From Lingula anatina (Eukaryota > Animalia > Brachiopoda), in the NCBI GenBank assembly GCA_051362555.1, contig CM120642.1:25420001-25484000 (forward strand): a stretch of 64,000 bases of DNA, read 5' to 3'. Every line of letters begins with the position of its first letter. Positions within the stretch are counted from its first letter, which is position 1. Made by a program: the position numbers and the translations under genes. Shown here in pieces: positions 36,190 to 49,618 of the stretch. The notes under the pieces are model-generated. The model had not been told where the DNA came from and ran no database searches. It saw only the letters and a list, made by a program, of their open reading frames with translations.

Positions 36190-39060
36190 ACATCAGTAGA
36201 TATATGTGCAGACAAGTATAGTTTATGTTTGGATAGCCATTTAAAAATTTTTTATATTTCCTTGGTTTTAATTTTTTCTTGGCACTGGTCATTTCTCCAA
36301 TTTTCAGTAGCGCACAAGGTTTTATAAAATTTCACCACAATTTAGGATCAGAAGCCATCAGTATTATTCAATAGTTTTTAATACTTTTCTTTTAGTTCAT
36401 TAGGTAAATAGATACATAACAATAGGAGGTGTTTTTTTTTATCAAAATTCAGTTTAAACCTTTCATTTTTAAAAATTATCAATTAAGTAAGATTTCAAAA
36501 AAGGATGATTCATGTTAAATTGGTTTAAATAATTTTTTTTCAGCTTTTCTTTTTTGAAATTCTTATTTTAATTTTCGGCATTTGATATATGGAGATTTGC
36601 AATTTTTTGTCGATTACTCTAAAACATAGGTAAAGATAGGTTAGTTCAGTATTAGTTATATAAGATAAAAATGTGCTTTTTGTAGATAATTTAGCCATGT
36701 ATAAATTAATTGCTTCCTTGTCCAACTTTTTATACTACTATCCCCACCCCCTCCTGTTCTCCCCTAATATACCAGCACTGGTTCAAATTGGCCCAACCAC
36801 GTCATCTCTCCCCAATTTTTCTCCTTTCTTCCCTACCACACTACTTCTCCCTCAATTTCCCCGATAACTAAACCTTTCTATAACTTTTCCATTTTCTCCC
36901 CTGCCACGCCTCACCCCATTGATTTCTCCTACAACTCCAACTCTCCCTAACTTTTCCCCCTTCTCCCCTAACACACTACTATTCCCCCAATTTCCCCTAC
37001 AAAACCATCCCAACCCCACTCCTTCCTTTGCTCCCCAACCACACCACCCTTCTCTCAATTTTCCCTACAACACCACCCCTCCCCAAAATGTACCCTTTCT
37101 AGTGTTCCTGAAAAACCGTCGGACAGACATGTCAGTCACAATGTCCGTACTATCAAATAGCAGAGCATTTGAAATACTAAGTCCTGGCCCACTTGTCAGT
37201 GCTTTTAGCCACTGTATGACAAGTGCCAGTGTGAAAAAGTAGGTCATGAATTGATACTTTTAAAATAACTTTTCCCCTAATGAGCATTTTTTAGCGTACT
37301 TGCGAAATTCTGATGTTTCATGGGTTTTCATGCATGTGCCATTATTCTACCAAAACATTATTATGAAACTGAGTTTTCAGAAGATATTTTCAATTTGACT
37401 GATATTTTTCTGAATTCCAAAACTCTTACAGTACATTAAGGTCTTGTCATAACTGGTATTGATATGAGGTCAGTTTATTTATTTTTTTGACCAGTGAATT
37501 TTAAGTCAGACCAGTAGATTTTAAGAAATTGGAGATTCAAATGGCCAGAAAGCTGAAAAGTTTATGTCACAGACTGTGACGTGCTGAAAAATAAGGCCAC
37601 TATTTCACAGTGTACCTGATGTAGGCACTCTTTTGTGCTGCTGTTGTTATTGGACTTGTCTTTATAATTAAAACATGAAAAATGATATGCTTTTCAAATG
37701 TCGGACATGATCAGAAAATGTCTGACATTGAGATATGTTATGTCAGATATAGTGTCAAACTGGTGTCCAAAGTTTTTCGGGAACACTGCCTTTCCCCCCA
37801 CTGCTCCACTTCTCCCCCAATGCCCCCTACAACTCCACCTCTCCCCAGCTTTTCCCCCTTCTCCCCTACCACACCACTACTCCCTCAGTTTCCCCTTTCA
37901 CACTACCTCCACCCCACCACTCCCTTTTCTGCACTACTCTCCACATTACCCCCTTTTCACCCCTACCTCACCACCACTCCCCCAGTCTCCCCTACCACAC
38001 CACCCCTCCCCAACTCTTCCCTTTCTTCATCCACCCCCTTAACTTCCCCTACAATACCACCTTTCCCTTGATTTCCCCCATCAACTCCACTTTCCCCCAC
38101 TCTCCCCTTTCCCCAATTCCCCCTCTCTCCCCACTACACCATCTCTCCCCAACTCCCCCTTTATTTGCACCTCTACCATACCACTTCTCTTCACCTTTTC
38201 CCATGTCTCCCCTCTTTCACTCACTGTATCACTTATCCCTCACTTCCCCCCTTTTCCTCTCCTCTCCCAACTTCCACTTCTAACCCCTACCAGATCACCT
38301 TCCCACCATCTTCCCCACACACCACCACTTTCCTACTTCCCCTCATTCTTCCCAAACATCCCACCTCTTCCGTACTCTTCTTCTTCTCCACCGTATACCC
38401 AAAATCTCCCCTTCAAAGCCATTGCTCTCCCACTTCCCACATTCATTTTTCTCTCCCACATCAACACCAACACACCCTTAAACTCCTTTACCACACCCCT
38501 CCCCCACACTTCCCAAATTTCCCCTTCCCTAACCACACTACCCCTACCATACCACCTTCCCTTCATCCTCCCTCCATCACCACCACATCCTACTTCTCCC
38601 TTTTTCTTCCCAAGTATACCAGTAAATCTTCTCTTCTTCTCCACCATGCCCCCTCAGTCTCCCCAACAAAACCATCTCTCTCCCACTTCCCACGTTCCTC
38701 TTTTCATCCACAACACCACCTCTCCCCCACACTTCTCACATTTTCCCTTTTCACCACCACATTTCCCCAACTTTCTTTTTTTCTCCTCTACCATACCACT
38801 TTTCCCTCATTTCCCCCTACAACTCCACCTATCTCCAACTTTTCTTGTTCTCTCCTTCCACACCACCATTCTCCCAAACTCCCCTACCATGCCACCTTTC
38901 CCCACCCTTCCCTTTCTTCATCTACCTCCCTTTAACTTTCCCTACAACACCACCTTTCCCTTTATTCCCCCATTAACTCCACATTCCCCCACTCCCCTTT
39001 TCCCTAGTTCCCCTCTTTCCCAACTACATCATTCCTCCCCAACTCTCTCGGGTTGTTTTC
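36190..39060 (+). repeat. Left arm of a large inverted repeat; G-poor C/T/A low-complexity DNA
   Basis: 36880-37085 and 37795-38545 are the reverse complement of about 45360-44400. Weaker inverted matches extend to 36690/45540 and about 36200/45970. Confidence 0.85.
37100..37788. mobile_element. hAT-like non-autonomous element inserted in the left arm
   Basis: TIRs tagtgttcctgaaaaac / gtttttcgggaacactg, cctttc on both flanks, and absence from the right arm. Confidence 0.7.
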
Positions 39061-39355
39061 TCCCTCCTCCCGCCTGCCGATATTGTTTATGTCTCAGTTC
39101 TACGTCCAGGGTTCCTTCCATTTGTTTAACATAGATTTCCAGGCATCTTGATATGAGTGACTTGGCCTTTCGAAATTCGGCATGCCCGTTGGGTAGAGAA
39201 GCCACGTGAGGAAAGAGCTCCCTTGCCGTCTTGGCAAGATACCCTTCTTTCAGTTTTTGATGACTAAATTTTCTTCGTTTAGCATCCCATTGAGATCCCA
39301 AAAGTTTTGCCTCTTCTTCATACTTTAATTTGTTTGTGTAACACAATTTAACCAC
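39050..39355 (-). pseudogene. Fragment resembling the N-terminus of a pogo/Tigger-type transposase
   Basis: ORF ...KAKSLISRCLE...KQYRQAGGGRKQPE; an RxxGGGRK linker precedes the CENP-B-type HTH in pogo transposases. The fragment is truncated by low-complexity DNA. Confidence 0.45.
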
Positions 39356-39969
39356 ACCAGTCTATATCTGTCTTCCTTTTAAATTACCACACCACCACTT
39401 CACTACTCCTTCCCAAATTCCCCCTTTCTTCCCCACCATATCACCTTAGTCTCTCTATGAAATCACGTCCCTTTTCTCTCTCACCCACCATCTTTTATTT
39501 AAATCTCTGACCACAATACCCTCTCCCACTTCTGTTCTATACATCTCTCTCAATTTCCCCTAACACATACCTCTGAGGTGATCCTGGTGCTTCTTCCATA
39601 TACATCCTGCAAGTGCACAGTAAATATCAAAGGTCCTAAACGTTTCTGTAAAACTCCTGGCAACCACTTGCATTCACAACAGATGATCCACGGACTTACT
39701 AGTCTGTGGATCAAATATGGCCAACCCCACTTGAAAGCAATGTCGCATAATCCCTTTATGGTCTCCTTGCCTACCACACGCGCCATCCCTGCAGGGGCCT
39801 AGCAATTAAAGCTAAATTAAAACACCTACTCTGTGTTAGGAATGGGGTAGTAGTCCACTTTAGATGTGGTGGTCACATTCCTCCTGGATAAGAAATAATC
39901 AGTGAGTTTTAGTTTTGTTGACGTGTATAATCATCAGTTTCCTTAACATATAGGGAAATACTCTGGTCA

Positions 39970-40120
39970 AATACACATTGCCTTGCCTGCAAGTTGTAAT
40001 AATAATGCCTTCTGATTATCTAGTCTCACATTTTCTGCCACAATGTAATAATCAGAATGTCGAATCCATTTTTCCGTGTGAGACCCACATTTTCCATAGG
40101 AGTAATCACAAAATTTGGAA
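39970..40120 (-). pseudogene. Possible decayed LTR-retrotransposon gag N-terminal fragment
   Basis: KWIRHSDYYIVAENVRLDNQKALLLQLAG resembles the W..F..Y..A....QKALLLH.AG motif of Gypsy-type gag. Confidence 0.3.
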
Positions 40121-40879
40121 GCGTAGTTTGCAAAGGTACCAAGATCACCATATTTTTCATTAAAATGTTCACTATGACTGCTTGACATGTAAAGTTCCTT
40201 CGTTGCCAAATTATGTTGTGTATGACCAATATTTAGGCATAAACTATAACTAGCACCACTCAGCCTCAAATATGTATAATGAAATTTAGGACATGAGCAG
40301 ACAATCTGGCATACTTTATTCGAGAGCACATGAAACAAGGAATTCAAAATCACAAATAGATATTTTTTAAAAATTTTTTTTGTAGAAAAGCGTCCCAAAC
40401 CCACATCCAGGGGGTGGTAGTACCTACCTTCCCAGCCCTCCCCCCCCCTCCCCCTCCATCAAAAAGGACCTTATCACCTTGCAGTCTTAAATTTTCAGAG
40501 AAAAAGCTACATGTATATAGGCAAAATTTTCATCAAAATTAGGGTTGGACCAATAGATATTTTGTCTTTTATATTTTGTCTAGCTGGTCCTTTGGACCAG
40601 CAAAGCTCCAGAGTTTTTATCATATGACTGTCCATTACCAAACCACTTAAAAGCATGTCACCTAATCCCCTGATGGTCTCCCAGTCTCCATTTGCGCTGA
40701 TTTAATCTCGTCTCCCAGGTTTAATTGCTAGACCCCTGCATGGACGGCCATATTTAGTTCACAGATCTGTAATTCTGACTGTTCTGAAAGCACCCCAACT
40801 CTCCCCCACTTGATTTTCCCCTACTTGATTTCCTCTCTACATTTTTTGTAAATCTGCTTTTTATTTATGATAATTAGTA

Positions 40880-41056
40880 CCATCAGCGTGACCCCTGGTG
40901 GTGCTCATGGTTTAAGTCTGGACGCGTTTCGTCAAGCTGCACGGTCTCATCTTCATGTTGGTGGATGCAAGTCACCTATATCACTTCTCATAGACTACAA
41001 GGACCTGTGTCCTAATGCACCTCTTGGAATTAGGTCATATATTAATCTTAATTTAA
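40880..41056 (+). mobile_element. Possible 5'-truncated LINE 3' end
   Basis: SLDAFRQAARSHL resembles an ORF2 C-terminus, followed by a short UTR ending in an aatctt-like tail. Confidence 0.3.
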
Positions 41057-41662
41057 AACCCCTCGATTTTGGGTCTCTGTCAATGCTTGTTGCACTGAAG
41101 CCTTGTCAAAAATTTTGAAAATTGATTGCTAAAAATCTCTCAAACTGAAAGAAAAATTACTATAGAAGTCTGACCAAAAGTCATCAGTGGAGATTTCAAA
41201 TAAGACCTGTGATTTGATGCATGTTTTAAAGTAGAATGGGCCTAAATTTGTAAAAAAAAATAATTTCTGTGAAATTGCATAGATCCAGCAAATACAAAAA
41301 TGTTTTTAAAACTATTTTAATGAATGTTTGAATAATGTTATGGAAAAATGTTTTGGCAACAGTGTTTTGAAAATGTTCTCCAAACATTTTTAACACAACA
41401 AATTAAAAATGTGTTAAAATGTTAAATAAAGTTATAAAAATGTTGGGCAAAAACATGGTGGTAACAATGTTTTGAAAATGTTTTCCAAATGTAATGTATA
41501 AAGTTTAGAATATAATGTTTTAAAAGACAAAAACATTCTTATATTGTTACTAAAATTTTATGTAAAAACATTCTGGCAACAATTTTTTAAAAATGCTTTC
41601 TAAAGGTTATACATAACATTTCACCAATATTTATTGGCTAGTGTGCAACAAGTAGACATAGG

Positions 41663-41875
41663 CTCTGTTCTCACAACTTTTAGATCGATCTATCACCGCG
41701 GGGAGTCTCACTAGATTACTGTCAGATAATCCCCCTTAAGTGTCCGTCCCCGCCTACTACAAGCTTTAAGGGGTAATTAACTTTCGTGTCCGCCCGGCTG
41801 ACAGCTATTTAGCGTGAACCCCCAGGGAGTTAGGTCGATCCAATGTAGGTCGATCTAATCTATGAGAATGGGGTG
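41663..41875. mobile_element. MITE family A copy
   Basis: Matches 6645-6862 (gggagtctcactagattactgtcag...cccagggagttaggtcgatc). Confidence 0.8.
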
Positions 41876-42841
41876 TTAGTATACATCAAGAACACTCTTG
41901 TATACATGTATAAACAGACAATCTATTTATGCATATGTTCTAGACACTATATAGAAGGAAAATAACCCAACAAAATATTAAGTTTTCTTTACCGAATAAA
42001 TACAGATTGCTCATTCATATATTCCAGGAATAACACACGTACAAAAGAATGATATCATTAGTATAGGGCCCACACTAAATATTACTGTATTTTCTAATAA
42101 TGATGATAATAAACTGAGAGGAATTTTATCATCAGAAATAGGAGAGGGGAGGGGGGGGGGTGCAAATGTTTGAAGTAAGCAACTTTCACATATTCAAATA
42201 AAAGATATTTAGTCTAAAAAAAAAATTCACCAAAATGCTTGTAAAAAGATATACAAAAACATTAGGATGATGTATCGAAAATGAATGAATGTTATGTATA
42301 ACATTTTTAACATGAAGTTTTAAAAACATTATAAAAATGTTGTAATAATGTTCTTAATATGTTATGCAGCCATTTTGAAATGTTTTTAAATGTTTGCTTA
42401 GGACCTATGCTTTTATATTATGGTGAAAAGTAGCTCGTGGGGTCTACTTTCATCTTCATAAGGTAAGGGTCAGTCAGGGCAATTTCACCGAAGTAGCAGC
42501 CATAAGATGCCTCAACTGAAAACTCGCTCTAATTCTGAACCATAACAGCTAGAGACATCTTGTTTGTTGCATTTTGTAAAGCTTGTTGAGCAAAACACTA
42601 AGGTGGCATATTTTTCCTGTTTACCATTAAGTAGTAAGGAGTTGTGCTATTTCAAAAAGTACAGTGTTGCAATACTCAATGTTAAATTTTTTTTCCAAAT
42701 AAAATGTGAAATACTCCAAAACTGGCAGAGACACACCCATATTTACCACTGAACTTGAATAGGAAATAATAAATTTGGCATATTAATGTGACTTTGAAAT
42801 TGGCCTTTGATCTACTGTGCAGCATGGAATGCACTTTGCAA

Positions 42842-43270
42842 TTTTTTATATACAGACACTGTAAGTGTCTGTATATATTCTGGTGAGTCTGTCTGCTGGA
42901 GTTGGTGCTGTTGCCGTTGCTGTTGCTGACCGACACATAACTGCCAAACCATATTTTTTAACTTAAAATTTACTGAGTGGCTTTGTTTGGTTAAAAGGCA
43001 GGTTGCTTTAGAAAATCGGCATGATCAATTAACATTTATAATAATAATAATTATTATTTTTTTGCACATTTTTGGTGATGTTCGTCCCATATCTTCCAAA
43101 CCGTTTTTTTGTGTTGCTTTAAATTTACTGAGTGGCTTTGTTTGATAAAGATGCAGGTTGCTTTTGGAAATTGGCATGATTGATTTACATGAATGGTAAT
43201 TATTATTATTATTATTATTTTTTTTAATTTTCATTTTTTACACAGCATTTTCAGTGGCTTTTATGTCTCA
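42842..43270 (-). mobile_element. 3' part of a Helentron/HINE-like element (inverted)
   Basis: T-tract plus hairpin tatatacagacac-tgtaa-gtgtctgtatata (about 42847-42877), a short GC-rich microsatellite-like stretch, and about 155-bp tandem cores related to 58381-59003. Confidence 0.55.
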
Positions 43271-43278
43271 TGGAACAG

Positions 43279-43965
43279 GGGCCGGTTTCACAAAGCAGTA
43301 GTTAGTTAGCGATCGGTAGTTAGCCTCTCGCTAGTTATAGTGCCGTTTCACGAAGCAGTCGCTAGTTCTCTCGCTCGTTATTGTCTCGTTGTTGCCTTGG
43401 ATATTTAACGACTGGTCAGACCAGTCGCTAACTCTAGAGTTTCATCGTACGCATGCGTAATGAGTGAAATAAAAAGGTTGCTTAGTTACCGTTGTCTGTC
43501 GTTTGTCTTTGTATCCAATATGGCGGCTACTTTTCTTGCTATCCGTACCGCCAGACGGCAACGTAGACTACGACGTTTTCATGAAAGGCAGAATCTATTA
43601 GAATATACACACGATGATGCAATTTACGAGAGGTTGCGCCTAGCTGTGACAAAAAGAGCGGCAAAAAGGTGGTGGAGATTCTTTACGACGACCTCAAAGC
43701 AGACATTCTTATGCATTTCCAGCCACCAAAAATTGGAGAGTTAGTGCTTTCGTGACACTTTTACGCAAGAGTTCCACTTCCGGCAGACGGTTTCGAGACT
43801 ACGGTGAGTAACGAGAGAACTAGCGACCGAACTTTACGACTGAACTTAGCGATAAGTTAACTACTGCTTCGTGAAACACCCCTCGAAAATCGTTAAGTTT
43901 GCTCGTTAGCGAGGTAGTTCAGTAGTTAGTTGTTCTAACTAACTACTGCTTTGTGAAACCGGCCC
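43279..43965 (+). mobile_element. Non-autonomous PIF/Harbinger deletion derivative
   Basis: Perfect TIRs of about 30 bp (gggccggtttcacaaagcagtagttagttag / ctaactaactactgctttgtgaaaccggccc), a CAG (CWG) target duplication, and an internal MAATFLAIRTARRQRRLRRFHERQNLLEYTHDDAIYERLRL resembling a Harbinger transposase N-terminus. Confidence 0.88.
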
Positions 43966-44279
43966 CAGAATCACTTGCTAGATTTTTAATGTCCATGTAT
44001 ATAATGATGTAAGAGGGTAAGAATGTTTTAAAGCATTATGTAACAGGGCATCAAAATTGGCCAAAACATTTTTGTGCACTTTTTTTGCATAATGAATGTA
44101 CATTTGACTGCTTTGCTTCCTGTATGGTGTCTGTATATTTGCCAGCTTTGCTGTCTAGATTTATTATTTTTTTTTTTACTTTAAATAATAATGAAAAATC
44201 TTGAAAATCTTGAACAACAAAAACAACAAAATGCATTTCGAAAATTGAAATCGGTATTAAAATAGAAGAGAAATGATCA

Positions 44280-45975
44280 AAATTAGAATCAAAAATATTG
44301 TAAAAGTGGAGAGGAGATCTAATAGGAGAAAACAAATGGAGGATATGTGGTGTGGTAAGGAAAAAGTGGTGTTGTGGGGAAAAAAAGGAATAGGGGAGGG
44401 TAGTGTGGTTAGGGAAGGGGAAATTTGGGGAGTGTGGGGGAGGGGTGTGGTAAAGGAGTTTAAGGGTGTGTTGGTGTTGATGTGGGAGAGAAAGATGAAT
44501 GTGGAAAGTGGGAGAGCAATGGCTTTGAAGGGGAGATTGAGGGTATATGGTGGAGAAGAAGAAAAGGTTTGGGAAGAGTAGGGAAGAGGTGGGATGTTTG
44601 GGAAGAAAGAGGAGAAGTAGGAAAGTGGTGGTGTGTGGGGAAGATGGAGGGAGGGTGATCTGGTAGGGGTAAGAAGTGGAGGTTGGGAAAGGAGAGGAAA
44701 AAGGGGAAAGTGAGGGATAGGTGGTATGGTGGGAGAAAGAGGGGAGATGTGGGAAAGGTGAAGAGAAGTGGTGTGGTAGAGGTGAAAAGGGGGTGTTGGG
44801 GAGAGGTGGTGTAGTGGGGAGAAAGGGGGAGTTGGGGAAAGGGGAGAGTGGGGGAAAGTGGAGTTGATGGGGGAAATCAAGGGAAAGGTGGTGTTGTAGG
44901 GGACGTTGGGGGAAAGGTGGATGAAGAAAGGGAAGAGTTGGGGAAAGGCGGTGTGGTAGGGGAAACCGGGGGAGTGGCTGTGTGGCAGGGGTGAAAAGGG
45001 GGTAATGTGGAGAGGAGTGCAGAAAGGGGAATGGTGGGGTAGAGGTAGTGTGAAAGGGGAAACTGAGGGAGAAGTGGTGTGGTAGGGGAGAAGAGGGAAA
45101 AGCTGGGGAGAGGTGGAGTTGTTGGGGGCATTGGGGGAGATGTGGAGCAGTGGGGGGAGGGGTGGTGTTGTAGGGAAAAATTGAGAGAAGAGGAGCGTGG
45201 TTGGGGAGCAAAGGAAAGAGTGGGGCTGGGGTGGTTTTGTGGGGGAAATTGGGGGAATAGTGGTGTGAAAGGGGAGAAAGGGGAAAAGTTAGGGGGAGTT
45301 GGAGTTGTAGGGGGAATTGAAGGAGTGGTGGTGTGGTAGGGAAGAAAATGGAAAAGTTTGGGAGATGTGGAGTTGTTGGGGAAATTATAGAAGAGGTGTA
45401 GTAGAGTAGGAAAAGGAAATTTTGGGGAGATTTGATGTGGCTGGGGCAAATGAAGAGGTGGTAGGTTGTTAGGGAAGAAAATGAAATGGTGGAGAGAGTA
45501 GCTTAAAAAGTTCAATGAGGAAGCAATAATTATGCAAATGGCAACACCTGGAACATTTTTTTTTTTTTTTTGTAATACAACTGTCAATGAACTCCCGTTC
45601 ATATGCATACCTATTATAAGTTATTGTGATCTGATTATGGGTTATCCTTTATTTCTGCTTAATTTTAATTGGAATTATTTAAAGTTATTATATAGTTATG
45701 TATTATTTTAATCCCCACCCACTAGATAGCCATGTTTTATGACAACATTCATATTATTTCTAATTTTAGCTGTATTTTTAAAATGAATTTTACTCTTTAA
45801 AAAACCATGTACCTATTGTTTCTTTACTAGATGTCTGTTAATTTGTAGGTATTACATTGTTACATCCTTCAGTAAAAAAATATACTGCCAGTGCCATTTT
45901 CTTTATTTAAATTTTTAAATTTTATCCATCTATGTTATTTGTCATATACAACTGGAGATGTGTCTGCACATTTTA
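44280..45975 (-). repeat. Right arm of the large inverted repeat; purine/G-rich on the + strand
   Basis: Reverse-complement match to 36190-38545. Confidence 0.85.
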
Positions 45976-46118
45976 CATATTTTCTGTCTAATATCATCAG
46001 TCTCCACCCCAAAAGCTGTGATGACAAGTTTGATAACTTTGATGGTCAGCTGCGGGGGAGTGACTAATAGAATTCAGAGTCTGGTTTTGTGATTAGGCAC
46101 GATGCTGTACTGGGAATA

Positions 46119-46335
46119 GTGTATACTGTGTATACAATATATATGTATAGCAATTCATTTTTGTCTGAAATGTTAAGTGTATACTATGTATACAATATAT
46201 ATGTATAGCAATTCATTTTTGTCTGAAATGTTGAGTGTATACTATGTATACAATATATATATGTATAACAATTCACTTTTGTCTGAAATGTTTAATGTAT
46301 ACTATGTATGCATGGTATTATATTTATAGCATTTT
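46119..46335. repeat. 58-bp minisatellite, about 3.6 copies
   Basis: gtgtatactatgtatacaatatatatgtatagcaattcatttttgtctgaaatgtt recurs at 46119, 46177, 46235 and about 46295. Confidence 0.9.
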
Positions 46336-49241
46336 TTATTTACCTTTAACTTATAACTCTTGCAGTCAATATCAAAGAAACTAGTTATTTTTTATCCTTA
46401 TTTTGGTTGTGTAATAGTGTGAATGATTCTTAAAAATAACCATATGAAACACCTATGAACACTGGTCATTTTTCACTTCCCATATTATAAAATTTTTCAG
46501 TTTTTCAATAAAATAATCACTAGGAATGGAACTTTATACAAAGCAAGTACTTTTACATGCCTGATAATGTACCAAATATTATTTTATGCCTTTTGCTTAT
46601 AAGAAATTGTCTGTTTTGACAAAAAATCTTTGTTGTTTGTAAATTGTACATCCATCAAGTTATACTTTTAATTAGATATGTTTGAAAGGATAGTGATCTT
46701 TATTAAGAAGTTGCAAAAAGGTTTAGAATTAGCAATGTAAATTTTTTATTTAGAGTTGTAAGGTTTTAGAATTCATTATCAGGCTGGCTACACTTTATTC
46801 CGATCATAAAGTAATAATTGAAAGAAATAATACCAGTTTTAGTTAAGTTTGTTTTTCAGTTTTTAGATACCTCAAAATTGAACTCCTTTCACCTTGTTAG
46901 AACCGCATGCAGCATCCATTTATTAGCTTGTTTCATTTTTAATATTAAAATATAAGAGTTCATCAGTTTTTTTTACTGCAATCTGTTGAGCCCCTTCCGA
47001 TATTTATTTGTTGGTAACCATTCTGCCAGCTTTGTTTGTATGAAAAAGAGGTGCCTTGGTAGTTTCTTGCTTCACGAATATGTAAGAGCAGTTTTTACTG
47101 GAACCCTCACACCTCTCCAACCTTTCTGCTGGGTTTGAAGTGACAATAAGGATGAGAACATAAAAAGACTCCAGTTTAGCTGAACAATTTATTATCTACT
47201 CCTGATTCCATCTATACAAATTATTTTAATGTCACATTTTCTATTCATTTCATATCCCATCTTTAATATTAAGAATTAAACATAAGCACCTTTAAGTTTT
47301 GATCAAATGTTACGTTGCTGCCCTTTGAAAGGCAGGTTTCTTCTATTTCACACAATTTTCAACAATAACTTTTGTTGCCATTTGCTTACAGTAATAAAAC
47401 TATCAGCCCTTTTTTGATATTCTGATAATTTTACCAATAAATGTGTGAAAACTGAACAGCCATAAAAAAATTGTCAAAAATGGTTGGAGAACCATATCAA
47501 CATAGAGATGAATTTTCACAGAAATACCCCAAGAGACTTTTTCAGTTCTCAATCAAGAGACGAAAGCACTGTCCTGACCACTGAAAAATTAAAATAAATG
47601 TACTGGTCAACACATGATGAAACTGCCCAGCTACAGTCTTTGCCTGCCAGCTTCAACAGTTTTTTACCAGTCCAAAATTACCCAATTTCTATTCTACGTT
47701 TCTCTCCACCTACAATATTATTTCTGTCCATCATATTGCACTTGACATACACTGAGCCAAACATGATATATATGGCACTGATTGTGACATTGTAAGCCAA
47801 TACTACAACACACATTTCTGACCAGTCAGTTATGTATGTGAAAACTAAAACATTAATATTAAATTTTAACTGATTAGATGAAAGCTGATCACAAATTATC
47901 TCAACTGATAAATAACAACCCAGTTGTCATTTCAGTGCCACAATCAGTTTTATACTACCATATAAAATACATTGGTGAAGATTATGCTGATAAATTAACT
48001 ACTCTAATACGTCTATTAAACACACCAGACAAAAGCTAATGGGCATCAAAATACCAATTCTGTCTGTATGCAGTGCTGATACATGCATGTATATGTTCTT
48101 TTCCACGTATGACAATTTTTCGGTTTTGGAACTGGCAAACTAACATGAACTTGAAGCAGGTGTACAGAAATGACCTGGTTGAACTTCACTGTTCTGCTTG
48201 CCTGCATTTCAAATCCAATGCAGGTGGTTTTATGTATTTTGAAATTTAAATATATGCCTGCTATTTTACTAAGTACATACGGAACTTTCGAGATGAAGAA
48301 GCTGGTACTCACTGAATAAGAAGTTCGGGATTATACCATACATGCACTAGCTGGCCATATGCAAAAAATAATGGAGTTGAAATTCAAACCATTATTGCCC
48401 CATCTTTCATTCACAAATGATCTATTAAGAAATTGCTTTATCACTGTTCCAGCATTCAGTTGGTCCAACAATAATAGACAATACAATTCATAAAATTTGC
48501 TAATTTGCCAACACTTTGAATATGATAATATACCAAATAAGATCAGGACACTCACATCCATGAACTATACACTACTTTGCCCATTTTTGCACCACATAAT
48601 ATTATGTACATGTCTGGACATATGATACTAACCATAAAAAGATCATGTGCATATATTTCCTTGGATGTAACAACAGACAGTTCAAATCTAGACACTGATC
48701 AAATCTACATGCAGCACAGTGGAAATGTATCTTTATAATTTCAATAATAAACGTAACGTGTACCTTTAATCATAATCAAATCACAGTAATTCTATCTGAC
48801 ATAGTCTCAGAGATCAACCAATAACTTCAAAACAACATAACCTTTTTTTTCATCATATTTGCTGGTTCTTTGGTTAAGGAATCATTTAATTGTACCAACA
48901 TTGAGTGGATTATATACATCATGTAAGTGCCTGTCTCCTACACAATATGCATAAATTTCTGTCTACCATTTGGATGTGTATGTTATATAATCTAAATGCT
49001 GTACAGGATTCAAACCCCCCCCAAATATCTCTGTTTTCTAATCATAGACCCCATCTCCTTTTGTGTCCAAAGCATGAAAAATCGTCAGATTAATGCTGAT
49101 TTGTTACCAATATCATCATCTTCCTGACATTTTGTCAGCTGCTTTGTGATTGGTCATGTCATGATCAGGTGATTAGAGATCTATCCTTTTTTATTTTTAA
49201 CACACATTTCTACTGGTGTTTTCTGCATCCCAGTGGTTAGA

Positions 49242-49563
49242 CTAGACAGGAGCAGTTGGCGTACTGGGGCTAAGCGTCTGTATGCTTTGGAAACTGTTGA
49301 CAGAGGGCGAGTGCTTCACCTCTTTGTAGCAGCTCTTGCAAACCGGCACTGGGCGCTGTGCGTAGTGACCTGGGAGAGGAATATGGCGGCCAATGCACCT
49401 CTGACAAAACACGTTGCCACACTTCCAACAGTGGTGCTGTAAAAAAGAAAGGATTTATTACAATTGTGATGACAGAAAGTATATCACTTGTGCATGTGGA
49501 TCCATGATTTTACCCAAGGTATGATGGAAAAACTCTTAATTTGTTTTGTTCAGCATATCTGCA

Positions 49564-49618
<55 letters not shown>

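Noticed and set aside
37682-39134. Long Pro/His/Ser/Thr-rich ORFs (also 44051-45608 on the - strand, up to 386 aa)
   Set aside because: Artefacts of G-poor low-complexity DNA that rarely forms stops; several frames are open at once and none resembles a domain.
41285-42402. AT-rich region with many aaatgttt/aaacattt motifs and possible ccagcaaa / tttgcttagg termini
   Set aside because: Probably an old DNA-transposon derivative, but termini and TSD could not be defined.
46005-46520. Faint same-strand similarity to the last exon and 3' UTR of the orphan gene (aaagctg...agtttgata, tgctgt.ctggga, cactggtcattt)
   Set aside because: The matches are too short to establish by eye and no frame is preserved; an alignment is needed.
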